NCBI GenBank assembly: GCA_963761305.1
Contig: CAVXGK010000002.1
Location: forward strand, 1,792,001-1,856,000
Source: an uncultured Gemmatimonadaceae bacterium
GTDB lineage: Bacteria > Gemmatimonadota > Gemmatimonadetes > Gemmatimonadales > Gemmatimonadaceae
Length of the DNA: 64,000 nt
Direction: 5' to 3'
Below the pieces are notes generated by a model. That model did not search any database. It was not told the DNA's origin and saw only the letters and a list, made by a program, of their open reading frames with translations. Each line of letters begins with the position of its first letter. Within the stretch, counting starts at the first letter, position 1. Shown here piece by piece: positions 21,496 to 32,700 of this stretch. Both the position numbers and the translations under genes were made by a program.

Positions 21496-23562
21496 ATGCC
21501 GAAGGCGCTTCGCTTCGGAATCTGGGTCCTCGTAGCCGTTGCGGCCGCGCTGGCGTTCGGAAGAATCGCGCTCGTGCGCGGCGAAACCATCAACGCCGCC
21601 TGGCTGCTGACCGCGGCGCTCTGCAGCTACGCCATAGCGTATCGCTTCTACAGCAAACTGATCGCCGCCAAGGTCTTCGCGCTCGACGCAAACCGGGCCA
21701 CGCCGGCGGTGCGGCTGGAGGACGGTCGCGACTACGTCCCCACCAACCGGTGGATCGTGTTCGGCAGCCACTTCGCGGCGATCTCCGGCCCCGGGCCGCT
21801 GGTCGGCCCGACCCTCGCCGCGCAGTTCGGGTACCTGCCCGGCGTCATCTGGATCATCGTCGGGGTGGCGCTCGGCGGCGCGGTGCAGGACTTCGTGATC
21901 CTCGCCTCGTCGGTCCGGCGAAACGGAAAGTCGCTCGGCCAGATGGCGCGCGAGGAAATCGGCCCGGTGGCCGGCGCGACGGCGCTCGTCGCCGTGCTCG
22001 GCATCATGATCGTGCTGCTCGCCGTGCTGGCGCTCATCGTCGTCAACGCGCTCAAGTCGAGCCCGTGGGGCCTGGTCACCATCGGTCTCACGATTCCCGT
22101 CGCGATCCTGATGGGCGTTTACCTCCGATGGCTGCGACCCGGACGTGTGCTCGAGGCCAGCGCGATCGGCATCGTGCTGGTGGTCGCGTCGCTGTTCGCC
22201 GGACAATGGGCGTCGACGCACCCGTCGCTCGCGGCGACCTTCACGCTGAGCGGCACGGCCATGGCGATCGTCGTGATGGCGTATGCGTTCGTCGCCTCCG
22301 TGCTTCCGGTGTGGTTGCTGCTCGCGCCGCGCGACTATCTGTCGGCGTTCGTGAAGATCGGCGTGATCCTGGCGCTGGCCGCGGGCATCATCATCTCGCT
22401 GCCGCCGCTCCACATGCCGGCCCTCACCCAGTTCACCGACGGCTCAGGTCCGGTGTTCGCGGGCAAGGTGTTCCCCTTCGCGTTCATCACCATCGCCTGC
22501 GGTGCCATCTCCGGCTTCCACGCGCTGATCTCGTCAGGCACGACGCCCAAGCTGCTCCAGCGCGAGACCGACGCACGAATGATCGGCTACGGCGCGATGC
22601 TCATGGAATCGCTCGTCGCCGTGATGGCGTTGATCGCCGCGTGCGCGCTGACGCCGGGCGTCTACTTCGCCGTCAACGCGCCGGCCGGCGCGATCGGCAC
22701 GACCGCGGCGAGCGCCGCCGAAGCCGTTCGCCACTGGGGCTTCACGCTCGACCCCACGCAGATGGAAACGCTCGCCAAGCAGGTCGGCGAGACGTCGCTC
22801 CTCTCGCGCACCGGCGGCGCGCCGAGTCTCGCGCTCGGCATGGCGCAGTTATTCTCGAACGTCTTGGGCGGCAGCGGCGCGTTGGCGCTGTGGTATCACT
22901 TCGCGATCATGTTCGAGGCCTTGTTCATCCTCACCACGCTCGACGCCGGGACGCGCGTCGGCCGGTTCATGGTGCAGGATATCGCCAAACACGTTTGGGC
23001 GCCGCTCGGCCAGGTGGCGTGGTATCCGGCCGTCGTGCTTTCGAGTTTGCTCATCGTGGCCATGTGGGGCCACTTCCTCTACCAGGGCGTGCTCGATCCG
23101 CTCGGCGGCATCAACTCGTTGTGGCCGCTCTTCGGCATCTCGAATCAGCTGCTCGCGACCGTCGCCCTCTGCGTCGCAACGACGATCTTCATCAAGATGG
23201 GGAAGGCGCGATACGCGTGGATCACGCTGCTGCCGATGTCGTGGCTCACCGTCGTGTGCATGACCGCCGGTTGGCAGAAACTGTTCGCCGAGGACGTGAA
23301 GCTCGGATTCCTGTCGCACGCGCGGCAGATCCAAGGGTTCGTCGACGGCGGCGCGCTGCCGGCCGCGATCAAATCCGTCGGCGACGCCCATCGCATGATC
23401 TTCAACGACTATCTCGACGCGGCCGTGACGATATTCTTCATGGTCGCGGTCGTCGTGATCATCGCCGACAGCGCACGCGAGTGGATGTTGGTGCTGAGGG
23501 GGGAAAAGCCCGTGGTGTCGTCCGAAGCGCCGTTCGAACCGGTCCCGGTGCCGGGCGATTGA
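21496..23562 (+). CDS. cstA: Carbon starvation protein A family transporter
   Basis: TPAVRLEDGRDYVPT, HFAAISGPGPLVGP, IACGAISGFH, TTLDAGTR, WPLFGISNQLL; AGGAG RBS. Confidence 0.97.
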   Translation: MPKALRFGIWVLVAVAAALAFGRIALVRGETINAAWLLTAALCSYAIAYRFYSKLIAAKVFALDANRATPAVRLEDGRDYVPTNRWIVFGSHFAAISGPGPLVGPTLAAQFGYLPGVIWIIVGVALGGAVQDFVILASSVRRNGKSLGQMAREEIGPVAGATALVAVLGIMIVLLAVLALIVVNALKSSPWGLVTIGLTIPVAILMGVYLRWLRPGRVLEASAIGIVLVVASLFAGQWASTHPSLAATFTLSGTAMAIVVMAYAFVASVLPVWLLLAPRDYLSAFVKIGVILALAAGIIISLPPLHMPALTQFTDGSGPVFAGKVFPFAFITIACGAISGFHALISSGTTPKLLQRETDARMIGYGAMLMESLVAVMALIAACALTPGVYFAVNAPAGAIGTTAASAAEAVRHWGFTLDPTQMETLAKQVGETSLLSRTGGAPSLALGMAQLFSNVLGGSGALALWYHFAIMFEALFILTTLDAGTRVGRFMVQDIAKHVWAPLGQVAWYPAVVLSSLLIVAMWGHFLYQGVLDPLGGINSLWPLFGISNQLLATVALCVATTIFIKMGKARYAWITLLPMSWLTVVCMTAGWQKLFAEDVKLGFLSHARQIQGFVDGGALPAAIKSVGDAHRMIFNDYLDAAVTIFFMVAVVVIIADSAREWMLVLRGEKPVVSSEAPFEPVPVPGD

Positions 23563-23598
23563 TGTCGACTGAGAACACACCCGAGCGATGGAGAAATC

Positions 23599-23808
23599 AT
23601 GACCTCGCGTGAGCTGGTTCGTGCGGCGCGCATCCGCATGGTGAACGCCGGGGCGATCGTGCGCCGGATCATCGGTGCACCCGACTACGATCGCTACGTC
23701 GCTCATTTGCGCGACCACCATCCCGGCGTGAAGCCGATGACGTATGACGAGTTCGCTCGGCAGCGCATGGCCGATCGCTACAGCCGTCCCGGCACCCGCT
23801 GCTGTTGA
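23599..23808 (+). CDS. YbdD/YjiX family CstA-associated small protein
   Basis: GAPDYDRYVAH..HP...F...RY...RCC; position directly after cstA is typical. Confidence 0.9.
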   Translation: MTSRELVRAARIRMVNAGAIVRRIIGAPDYDRYVAHLRDHHPGVKPMTYDEFARQRMADRYSRPGTRCC

Positions 23809-23817
23809 GTGCGAATG

Positions 23818-23844
23818 GGGTCCGGGCCGGTTGGGCCCGGACCC
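23818..23844 (+). terminator. GC-rich hairpin after the ybdD-like gene
   Basis: GGGTCCGGGCC-ggttg-GGCCCGGACCC, 11-bp perfect stem with a weak U tract. Confidence 0.55.
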
Positions 23845-23880
23845 TTGCGCTCGACGCGTAAGTAATACTCCTTGAACACA

Positions 23881-25083
23881 ATGAGACCGCAGGCGACGGC
23901 GGCCAACACGGCCGCGACGCATCGTTCACTCGCCGCCGCGCACGCGCGACTCGCGGCGCGCGACGACGCGATCGTGCGCTCGCAAATCGCCGTCGCGCAA
24001 ATCGCCGCGCCGACGGGCGAGGAGCACGAACGCGCGAGCTGGGTCACGCGTCGATTCGACGACTGCGGTTTGGCCGAAGTGCACACGGATGCGGCCGGCA
24101 ACGTGATCGGGCGCCGCGCCGGAACGCGCGACCTCGCTCCCGTCGTGATCTGCGCGCACCTCGACACGGTGTTTCCCCGCAGCACCGATCTCTCGATCCG
24201 CCGTGATGGCGAACGGCTCGTCGGACCGGGGATCAACGACAACGGACGGGGAATCGCCGTCATGCTGGCGCTCGCCGCCGAGATCGACGGTGCGCGCGTC
24301 CGCACCCAGCGCCCCGTCGAGTTCGTCGCGACGACCGGCGAGGAAGGCATCGGTGATCTGCGCGGCGCCAAACACTACTTCGCCGGGCGAGGCGGCAACG
24401 CGCACGCCGTCATCGCGCTCGACGGCGCCGGCGATGAACGCGTGATTCATCGCGCCCTCGGCTCGCGTCGTTTCCGCGTGTCGTTCCAGGGACCCGGCGG
24501 ACATTCGTGGGCCGCGTTCGGCGCACCGAACGCCGTACACGCCGCGGCCGGCGCCGCGGCACGCTTGGCGGCGATTCACCTTCCGACGACTCCGCGCACG
24601 ACGCTCTCTGTTGGACGCATCGGCGGAGGCCTCTCGGTGAATTCCATTCCCGCGTCGGCGTGGCTCGAGATCGACACGCGATCCACATCCGCCGGCCAGC
24701 TCGACGATCTCGAGCGCGACGTGCGTCGAGCCGCGCATGCCGCCGCCGACGAAGAGAACGGCCGTCGTACGCTCGGCTCGCCGCCGCTCACCGTACGGAT
24801 CGACGCGATCGGCGAACGGCCGTGCGGCGAGACGCCGGTCGAGGACGACCTCGTGCAGCAGGCCATCGACGCGACACGGCTCGTTGGACGACAACCCGAC
24901 CTCGCGCTCGCCTCTACCGACGCCAACGTGCCGATCAGCCAGGGCATACCGGCGATCGCCATCGGCGCCGGCGGTCGCGGCGGCGACGCCCATACTCACA
25001 CCGAGTGGTTCGACAACCTTCGCGGCACCCTCGGCGTGGCGCGAGCGCTGACGATCGTGACTGCCGCTGCGCGATTGGGCTGA
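23881..25083 (+). CDS. M20/M25/M40 family metallohydrolase
   Basis: AHLDTVF, GPGINDN, GEEG, GGHS, STDAN, HT..E. Confidence 0.92.
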   Translation: MRPQATAANTAATHRSLAAAHARLAARDDAIVRSQIAVAQIAAPTGEEHERASWVTRRFDDCGLAEVHTDAAGNVIGRRAGTRDLAPVVICAHLDTVFPRSTDLSIRRDGERLVGPGINDNGRGIAVMLALAAEIDGARVRTQRPVEFVATTGEEGIGDLRGAKHYFAGRGGNAHAVIALDGAGDERVIHRALGSRRFRVSFQGPGGHSWAAFGAPNAVHAAAGAAARLAAIHLPTTPRTTLSVGRIGGGLSVNSIPASAWLEIDTRSTSAGQLDDLERDVRRAAHAAADEENGRRTLGSPPLTVRIDAIGERPCGETPVEDDLVQQAIDATRLVGRQPDLALASTDANVPISQGIPAIAIGAGGRGGDAHTHTEWFDNLRGTLGVARALTIVTAAARLG

Positions 25084-25084
25084 A

Positions 25085-25790
25085 CGGCTCGTCGAGCTTG
25101 ATCTCGAACTACGCGAGTCGCGCCGCGAGTCTCGTGAGCGCTTTCCTGCTGTCCTGTCATGAAATCTCGATGGAGAAGTTGCCTACCGCGATTGAGTTGC
25201 GACTGAACGGCGTGGAACCGCATGAGAACTGCCTGGAACGGCCTGGTGATCCGGCGTGATGCAGCGTTGTGACATCGTCGAACGCGCGTTTGCCGTGGTG
25301 GAGCCGGGTTCTGGCTCCGTGCGGTGCGCGGCGCGCCGCGTGGAGTGGAGGATCGACTCGGAGACGCGGTGTGCGCGTCGGACATGGTCGCTGCGCGAGT
25401 GGAATGGTCGGTAAACTCGTGGGAGTGGTATGTGAACGGCGTGCAAAGGTCCGTGCAGAGGCGGGAATGGTCGCTCTACGGCCGGACATGGATGCTGAGC
25501 GCGAGGGAAAGGATGGTGAGCGCGGCGGAAAGGCTGAGAAGCTTGGGGACACGACGGAAACACGGACGGAATGGGAGCTGCGCGAGTGGAAGTGGTCGGT
25601 GAAAGAGCGGACACGGATGTTGTTCGCTGCGGAGTGGCTGCTATCGGGGCGGAAATGGTCGGTGTCGGGGTCGGAGAGGCATGTGTCGGTGGCGTAAAGG
25701 CACGTGGCGGCGGCGTAAAGGCATCTGATCGATGCGCGAGCCCAACGGACGACCGTTGATTTGCTTCGATAGCGGCGAGTCTTCCGCGAA
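25085..25790. repeat. Degenerate 21-nt-period tandem array 1 (between convergent genes)
   Basis: ATGG/AAGG/GTGG-type core at 25404, 25425, 25446, 25467, 25488, 25509, 25530, then 25571, 25592, 25613, 25634, 25655, 25676, 25697, 25718; outer boundaries approximate. Confidence 0.8.
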
Positions 25791-25794
25791 GACT

Positions 25795-27498
25795 CTACGT
25801 CGTCTGCAGCGGCTCCGCTCGCGTCAACGCTCGCCCCAAAAAAAGCATGGCGGCATACGTCTCCATGCCGAGTATGACGGCCGCGACGATCATGGGGAGC
25901 CAGAGCACGAACACGCCGCCGTTGTACACGTGCGATAGGAACTCGTACGTGAGCGCCGCGAGGAACGTCGGCGGAATGAGCGCGAGCAGCAGCGTGAACA
26001 GGTTCGCCACCATCGCCAACACGTTCTGCCCGAGCGCTTCCACTCCCGTGCTCACCGAGGCGCCCAGCCGAATCCATGCCGGGAAGAGAATCGCCATTCC
26101 GTTTTGAATCGTGATCAGCGCGCCGTTGAGGGCGAACACCAGGAACGGCGCTCCGGCGAGCGCGGCGAGACGCATCTCGCTCGACAACGTGATGCGGTCC
26201 GTTCCGAAGCTCGCGATGTAGGCGATGACGATCACGACGAGCTGCAGCAGCGCGATCGGCACCGTCGCCGACGCGACCTCGGCGAGCACGATGTCGGTCG
26301 ACGCGACCGGGACCGACTTGAGCAGCGGCAGGTGCAGCATGTCATGCCGCAGATCGTTGCGAATGAGGCGCCCGCCGAAGACGATCAGCAATCCGGCGAA
26401 CGTCGTCGCGGTCGCCGCCGCCCACAGCGAGAAGTCGCGATTCGAGACCGCCGCGCCGAACGCGATCGCCATGCCGGCGGGACCGATCAGCAGTCGAAAC
26501 TGCGCGGTGCGACGCAAGCACAGGATGTTCTTCCAGAAAATCGCCATCGCCGGGTGGCCGACCGCGTTGAGACGCATCGTCGTCTGAGCGGCTTTGGTGG
26601 CCTTCGGAACGACGATCGAGCGGCGCGAGCGAATGGCGTCGATGCGGCGCGCTCGCGCCTCCGACGCCTCGAGCGCCGCGTCTTCGAACGCCGCGTCGCT
26701 GCGCAGCACCCAGAAAACGTGAAGGCCCATCACCGCCGCGGCGGGAATGATCGCCGTTTTCCATTGCGAGATCGATCGCGCGAAGGTGGGCGCGACAACC
26801 AGGTGGAACGGCCAGAGAGCGATCGATGCGGGCGGCTGCCCGAGTACGTGCGCCACCGCGACGAAGAAATCGCCGATGCCCGTCGTGTCGAGCAACTCGC
26901 GGCGGTTCACGACGAACCCTGTGACCAGCGCCGCGCCGACCAGACCGAAGAGCGCGATCGACCACCAGTTTCGCTTCGCACCCGCTCGTCCGTGCTCCTT
27001 GAGCGACGACTGAACCAGGGCTGCCCCGAGCCGGTGGAGGTTCAACGTCGAGAACAGGACCCACACGCCGATGGCGCGCAGCGGCGACGGAAGCAGGTTT
27101 CCGCCGCGCCGCAGCACGAAGACCCAGATCGCCGCGTTGATGAGCACCGTGACCTGCGAGCGAAACAGCTTGTGGGCGATGAGACCGCGGCGGCTGATCG
27201 GCGCCGGGAACAGCATCGACACCTCGGCCTGCGTGAACGCCAGCGCGAGCGTGTCGGACCCGAACACCCACGGTCCCATCAACGTCAGCACCGCGAGCAA
27301 CGTGATCAGCATCTCGCTCGGCTGGCTGAGGAGAAAGCTCGTGGCCCCCGGATAGCTGACCGGACGCCACAGGAATCCCCACAGGTACAGCGCGCCGACG
27401 ACGAGAGCGGCGGCGTACCGGGGGCTGCGCACGCGCCGGAACGCCGAGAGAAAACGGTTGCGCGCGCTGTGCCAGCTGAGGTACAGCAGCGCGTTCAT
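25795..27498 (-). CDS. Putative ABC exporter permease
   Basis: Multi-TM protein, LAFTQAEVSMLFPAP, IFWKN, RNDLRHD; ATGA-coupled to an ABC ATPase. Confidence 0.88.
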   Translation of the reverse strand: MNALLYLSWHSARNRFLSAFRRVRSPRYAAALVVGALYLWGFLWRPVSYPGATSFLLSQPSEMLITLLAVLTLMGPWVFGSDTLALAFTQAEVSMLFPAPISRRGLIAHKLFRSQVTVLINAAIWVFVLRRGGNLLPSPLRAIGVWVLFSTLNLHRLGAALVQSSLKEHGRAGAKRNWWSIALFGLVGAALVTGFVVNRRELLDTTGIGDFFVAVAHVLGQPPASIALWPFHLVVAPTFARSISQWKTAIIPAAAVMGLHVFWVLRSDAAFEDAALEASEARARRIDAIRSRRSIVVPKATKAAQTTMRLNAVGHPAMAIFWKNILCLRRTAQFRLLIGPAGMAIAFGAAVSNRDFSLWAAATATTFAGLLIVFGGRLIRNDLRHDMLHLPLLKSVPVASTDIVLAEVASATVPIALLQLVVIVIAYIASFGTDRITLSSEMRLAALAGAPFLVFALNGALITIQNGMAILFPAWIRLGASVSTGVEALGQNVLAMVANLFTLLLALIPPTFLAALTYEFLSHVYNGGVFVLWLPMIVAAVILGMETYAAMLFLGRALTRAEPLQTT

Positions 27499-28229
27499 GT
27501 CGCCGCCGTGTCGCTCGCGGTGAGCGTCAGGAACACCTCTTCCAGCGACTTCGACGCGAGCGCCGGGTGCGCGCCGATGATCTCGTCGATCGTCCCGTAC
27601 GCGACCGCCAGCCCCTGACGAAGCACGAGCAGCTTGGTGCACAGCTCTTCGACGAGATTCAACAGGTGCGAGCTGAGGATTACCGACGTGCCGCGCGCGG
27701 CGCGCTCCGTCACCGTGGCGCGCATGCGGCGCATGCCGCCGGGATCGAGCCCGGTGAGCGGCTCGTCGAGCACGAGCACCGACGGATCGTGCAGCAGCCC
27801 GCACGCGATGGCCAGCTTCTGCCGCATGCCGCGCGACAGCTCGCCGGGGAGCGACCCGCGTTTGTCGCCCAGCTCCATCTCGTCGAGCAGCGGACCGATG
27901 CGCGATTCGACGTCGGCAACGCCGTACAGCCGCGCGATGAATCGCAGGTGTTCGTCCACCGAGAGGTAGTCGAACAAATGCGGCTCGTCGGGGATGAAGG
28001 CGAGCTCTTTCTTGGCGGGAATCGGATCTAGTTGGATGTCGTGCCCCGCGATCGCGACCGTGCCGCTCGTCGGCGCGATGATCCCCGCCAGGCAGCGGAG
28101 CGTCGTCGTCTTGCCGGCGCCGTTGGGGCCGACGAGGCCGAGGATTTCGCCCGCCCCGACGTCGAAGCTGACGCCGCGCAGGGCGGCGAAATCACCGTAG
28201 AGCTTGGTCAGCGCGCGAACCGAGATCAT
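27495..28229 (-). CDS. ABC transporter ATP-binding protein
   Basis: GPNGAGKTT, LSRGMRQK, VLDEP, SSH. Confidence 0.96.
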   Translation of the reverse strand: MISVRALTKLYGDFAALRGVSFDVGAGEILGLVGPNGAGKTTTLRCLAGIIAPTSGTVAIAGHDIQLDPIPAKKELAFIPDEPHLFDYLSVDEHLRFIARLYGVADVESRIGPLLDEMELGDKRGSLPGELSRGMRQKLAIACGLLHDPSVLVLDEPLTGLDPGGMRRMRATVTERAARGTSVILSSHLLNLVEELCTKLLVLRQGLAVAYGTIDEIIGAHPALASKSLEEVFLTLTASDTAAT

Positions 28230-28281
28230 CGAGGTCGGGGTGGGGTCCGCGAGGGTCGAATGGCCTTCGAATGGCGCCCCC

Positions 28282-29271
28282 TTAGGGGCGAACTCTGACG
28301 ACAGAATGATCGCTGATGTTCACCTGCCCGTTCGCCCCTTCCACGACCGCCGAGTCGCCGACGAGCGATGCAGCGAGCGACGAGTCGATGACCGAGGCGC
28401 CTTCGCCGACGATCGCGTCACGAAGGCGCGAGCGCTCGATACGGGTTCCCTTGCCGATCGACACGTTGGGCCCGACCGTCGACGCGCTCAAGACGACGCC
28501 GTCTTCGATGTACACCGGATCGATCAGCTCGACGCCGGGCGGAATCACGCCGGGCCGGCGCGCCCGTCCCTTTTCCAGCATCGCGCGATTCGTTTCCAGC
28601 AGCGTGCCCTGCTCCCCGGCGTCGTACCACCCGTCGACGTCGATGACTTTGATCTTCGCGCCGTGGTCGATCATGTACTGGAACGCGTCGGTCAGATAGT
28701 ACTCGCCCTTGTTCTTGGGTTGCTGGAGCGTCCACTCGATTCCTTCGTACAGCAGCTTCCAATTACGAATATAGTACAGTCCGATGTTGGCCCGCTTGGA
28801 GACCGGCGTCGTCGGCTTTTCCACGATCTTGGTCATGTTGCCGGCGGCGTCGCTCACCACCACGCCGAACCGCTGGTAGTCCTCGACCGTCTTCACCCAG
28901 ATGATGCCGTCGGCGTCCGTCCGCTTCACGACCGACAGATCCGCGTCGAAGATCGTGTCCACGAAGATGATGAAGACGGGTTCGTTCACGTAGTCGCGGG
29001 CCAGCCAGACGGCGCCCGCCGTGCCGTCCTGCACCTGCTGCTCGATGAACACGGAATCGAACCGATACTTCGCGCGCGCGTACGCCTCCACCTTTTCCTT
29101 CAGGTGCCCCGTGATGTAGACGACCTGGCTCACGTCGCCGAGTCGCTCGAGGTCCTCCATCACGTAGTCGATCACCGGCTTCCCGGCGATCTTGAGCATC
29201 GGCTTGGGCGTGATGTGCGTGTGCGGCCGAAGCCGCGTGCCCTTCCCCGCCAGCGGAATGATCACTTTCAC
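28282..29271 (-). CDS. Sugar-phosphate nucleotidyltransferase (Glc-1-P thymidylyltransferase-like) with C-terminal beta-helix
   Basis: LAGKGTRLRPHT, PKPML, VEKP, WYDAG, hexapeptide repeats. Confidence 0.92.
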   Translation of the reverse strand: MKVIIPLAGKGTRLRPHTHITPKPMLKIAGKPVIDYVMEDLERLGDVSQVVYITGHLKEKVEAYARAKYRFDSVFIEQQVQDGTAGAVWLARDYVNEPVFIIFVDTIFDADLSVVKRTDADGIIWVKTVEDYQRFGVVVSDAAGNMTKIVEKPTTPVSKRANIGLYYIRNWKLLYEGIEWTLQQPKNKGEYYLTDAFQYMIDHGAKIKVIDVDGWYDAGEQGTLLETNRAMLEKGRARRPGVIPPGVELIDPVYIEDGVVLSASTVGPNVSIGKGTRIERSRLRDAIVGEGASVIDSSLAASLVGDSAVVEGANGQVNISDHSVVRVRP

Positions 29272-29639
29272 GGTGCGCTCGTCCCCTCGCGACCATAGCG
29301 GTCCTTGAGGCGCACGACGTCGTCGAGATGCGGCGTAGAGACCTCCAGGATATCGCAGTCGGTGACGGCTTCCATCTGATGCACCGTCCCGGGCGTGATG
29401 CGAAACGCGTCGCCGATCTTGAGATCGACGTCCACCGGCTTGTCGTCCTCCCAGATTCGATACACCAATTGCCCCGACATCAAATAGACGGTCTCGTCCT
29501 TGATAGTATGGTATTGGACCGACAGCGCCTCGCCGGCCTTGATGTGCAGAATCTTGCCGACGTATGCGTCGGTCTTGGCCCAGATCGTCTCGTGTCCCCA
29601 GGGCTTGGGGACGTGCGTGATCGCCGACCGGCCGCTCAT
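29268..29639 (-). CDS. Cupin (mannose-6-phosphate isomerase-like)
   Basis: KPWGHE, LSVQYH..KDET, PGTVHQM, EVSTP..DDVVRL.D.YGR. Confidence 0.9.
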   Translation of the reverse strand: MSGRSAITHVPKPWGHETIWAKTDAYVGKILHIKAGEALSVQYHTIKDETVYLMSGQLVYRIWEDDKPVDVDLKIGDAFRITPGTVHQMEAVTDCDILEVSTPHLDDVVRLKDRYGREGTSAP

Positions 29640-29706
29640 TGAACGGGCGCCTCGTTGGTCATGGGACCGAAATAAAGATGGTCCGAAAAGCCCCCGGTAG
29701 GCGCGG

Positions 29707-32700
29707 CTACCAGAGATCCCCCACCGTGACGGTCCAGCGCCGCGCGATCGATCCGCGTCCGCCCAGACCCGTGCCGCCGGCCAGGCCCCCGTGGTTCACG
29801 AACACCGGCGCGTCGAGCCGCACGTAGACGTCGCGGTCGTACAGCCGCCCCCGAGTCACGAGACCGGCGCCCGCGTCGGAGAGCGACGCATTCGTCAGCG
29901 CCGTGTACGTCGAGGTCGCGTGCCCCGCGTCGGCGAACAGGCTCAGCGAGACGGACCCGTGCCCCCATGATCCTTTCGCCTCGCCAAGGCGCTGCACGAA
30001 CTCGCCGTTCAACGCCGCCACGGCGTCCAGCGCGACGTCGGTGCGGAATCCGCGCAGCGCCGCGCCGCCGAGCGGCAGATAGTTGATGCCGGGCTGCTTG
30101 AACAACGCGCCCCGCCCTCGGAACAGGTCGTTGTTGAACGTGTCGAACGGGTCGTCGCTCGACGCGAAGATCGACCGCTGCCTCGGCGCGTTGTGGGCGA
30201 CGCCGCCGTAGGCTCGGATGCGCATCTGGGTTCCCGATCCATTGATCGACCACACGCCGCCGATCGATCCGTCCGCACGCAGATAGCCGCGCGTGTGCTC
30301 CTGGCGCGTCGCGAACACGCTCGTCGCGAGTCCCGACGCCAACGAGCCGCGCGCGATCACATAATCGCTGTCGGCGGCGATCGCCGTGCGATACGAGCCC
30401 GACCCGCCGACCTCGACCACCGTCGTCGGCGACCATTGCTCCGGCAGCAGCAACGAATCGCTCGGCACCGCGACCGTGGCATAGACGCGCGCCTTGATCG
30501 CCGGCCCCGGCGTGAGGATGAATGGACTCAAATCCCAGTTCTTGTACGCGTCGGCCTTGAACAGGCCGTCCATGTAGTTCACGTCCGCGCCGTAGCCCAT
30601 CAGCGGCCGGTCGAACCCCGGTACGTACGGATTCTCGAGCCGCGCCCACACGTTCGCCCGCGCGAGCACGCTGGACGTCTTTCCCGTGAACGGATCGCGC
30701 GGGTTGCGCGACGTGAACGCGAAACCGCCGTCGTGCAGGTCGACTGTCTCGAGATAGTTCGTCTTGGCGCGCACGCCGAGCACGATGCCCTGCGGATTGC
30801 TGTACCATCCCGTGGGCGAGAGCTCGACGAGCGTCTGTGCCCGGTCCGTTTGGTCCAAGTACGGCCAATTGAACGTGAATCGCGGATCCGGGAGCGTGAT
30901 GAGCATGTCCTCCGGCGCGTCGTTGCGACGATCCCAATCCCACGTCGTCTGGAACGGGTCGAGGCGCACTTCCAACGGCCGCTCCGCCGTCGCCACCGTC
31001 ACGACTTGCGGGTCGTCGGCGGTCGCGCTGGCGCGGCCCACCGTCCAGCCGCTGGCCGTGCGAACTCCCACCGGCATCGGATGCCGCAGCTCGCCACGGC
31101 GCACCACGCTCACCGCCGTCCGCCAGCCGGTCGCGTCTTGCGTCACGCCGTACGACTCCACGGCGTAGTCCATCAGCCCGGTGTCGTGGATCCACTCGTC
31201 GAAGAACCAGCCGAGGTCGCGCCCCGAGGTCAGCTCGGCCGCCGTGCGCATCGCGCGCTCGTCGACGTGCTTGAGCGCCCAGTCGTCGTAGTAGCGGCGG
31301 AGAAACGCGCGGAAGGTCGAGTCGCCAAGCACGTCGCGCAGCTGGCCGTACATGACCTTGGCGCGCGTGTAGATCATCTCATTGTAGATCCCAAATTCCG
31401 AGAAGTCGCCGGCGTTCGTGCCGACCGGCTGCGCGCGCCCGAGAATGTCCAGCTTCCACGACGCGAGGCCCGCACTGTCCTTCGGCGCGATCGTCGCCGC
31501 CTGAATCCGATACCCCCGCGGGATGAGCGCCGGTACTTGCGGCCTGCCGACCAGCTCCTGCGGCGTCTTGCCGAGCGCCCAATCCGTCTGATAGCTGGTG
31601 AGGCCCTCGTCCATCCATCCCGAGCGCCACTCGTTGTTGCCCAGAACGCCGTATGTATAGATGTGGCCGGCCTCGTGCAGGATGAGACCCTGCCCCGCGT
31701 CACCGTCCATGATCATCATCGGGAACTCGGTCCCGCCGCCGTCCAATCGGTGGACGTTCGTGATCTGCGGATACGCGTACGGTCCGTAGATCGACTCGAG
31801 CCACTCCAGCGCGAAGATCGTTCGGTCGACCGCGCGCCGGTCGCCCCACGTCGTGTCGTCGCCCGGCTTGTACAGCACGTTCACCGACACCGTGTCCCAC
31901 GTCGGGAAGTGCGCATGGGCCGGCGTCGAGCGAACGAACACGCCGCCTTCATACAGGTAGTCCGGCGACGCGCTCCACGCGAAATGGTGGACGTCGTTGG
32001 CGACGAATCGCACGGCGCGAAATCCGGCCGGCGTCTCGGACGTGAGCGTACGCGCCGGCAATGGCCCGTACGCGTTGTTGCCGAGTCGCGGCGGGCCGTT
32101 GTGCGACACGCGCGCCCACCCCGGATCGCCCTCGACCGGCACGCCGACCGACGCGAGCACCTGATCGTCGCGGACGATCATCGTGACGTCGTATACGCCG
32201 TACTCGCCGTACAGCTCGCCCGCCGGCTGCAGCGCGTTCGGCTCCCACCCGCCGCGGTCGTAGACCGCGACCTTGGGATACCACTGCGCGAAGTCGTACG
32301 CGCGTCCGCGCCGCCCCTGTCGCCGTGCCACGGTCGACGGCCGCGCATCCCACGTGAAGTGCACGCGCACCGAATCGTGCGGCGCCAGCGGGCGTGGCAA
32401 TCGAAAATGCGCGACCGTGCTGTCGGGCGCGCCCGGGTAGTCCACCATCACCGGCGTTCCGTCCACCGTCGGCGCCTGCGTGAGGCGCTCATAGCCATAG
32501 TCGGGGTCGGCGAGATTCTGAAAGCGGACGCGATTCTCCTTCTCGTCGCGCGCGCTCCACTTGGAGCCCGGCCGAAACGCATTCAGATACTGGTGCACGA
32601 ACATCTCGCGCAGCGTGTCGGGCGAGTTGTTGGTGTACGTCAGTATGGCTTCGGACTCGAGCTTGGCCTGCGCCTCGTCGAGCTTGGCCACGATCTCGTA

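Noticed and set aside
23797..23865. Selenocysteine readthrough of the ybdD-like UGA (a hairpin with a G-starting loop lies ~21 nt downstream)
   Set aside because: The ORF already ends in the canonical RCC. Sec variants of this family replace a Cys rather than add a third residue, so the hairpin is more simply a terminator.
25085..25790. CRISPR interpretation of the 21-nt arrays (also 43960-44820)
   Set aside because: No invariant direct repeat with unique spacers, the period is too short, and there are no cas genes.
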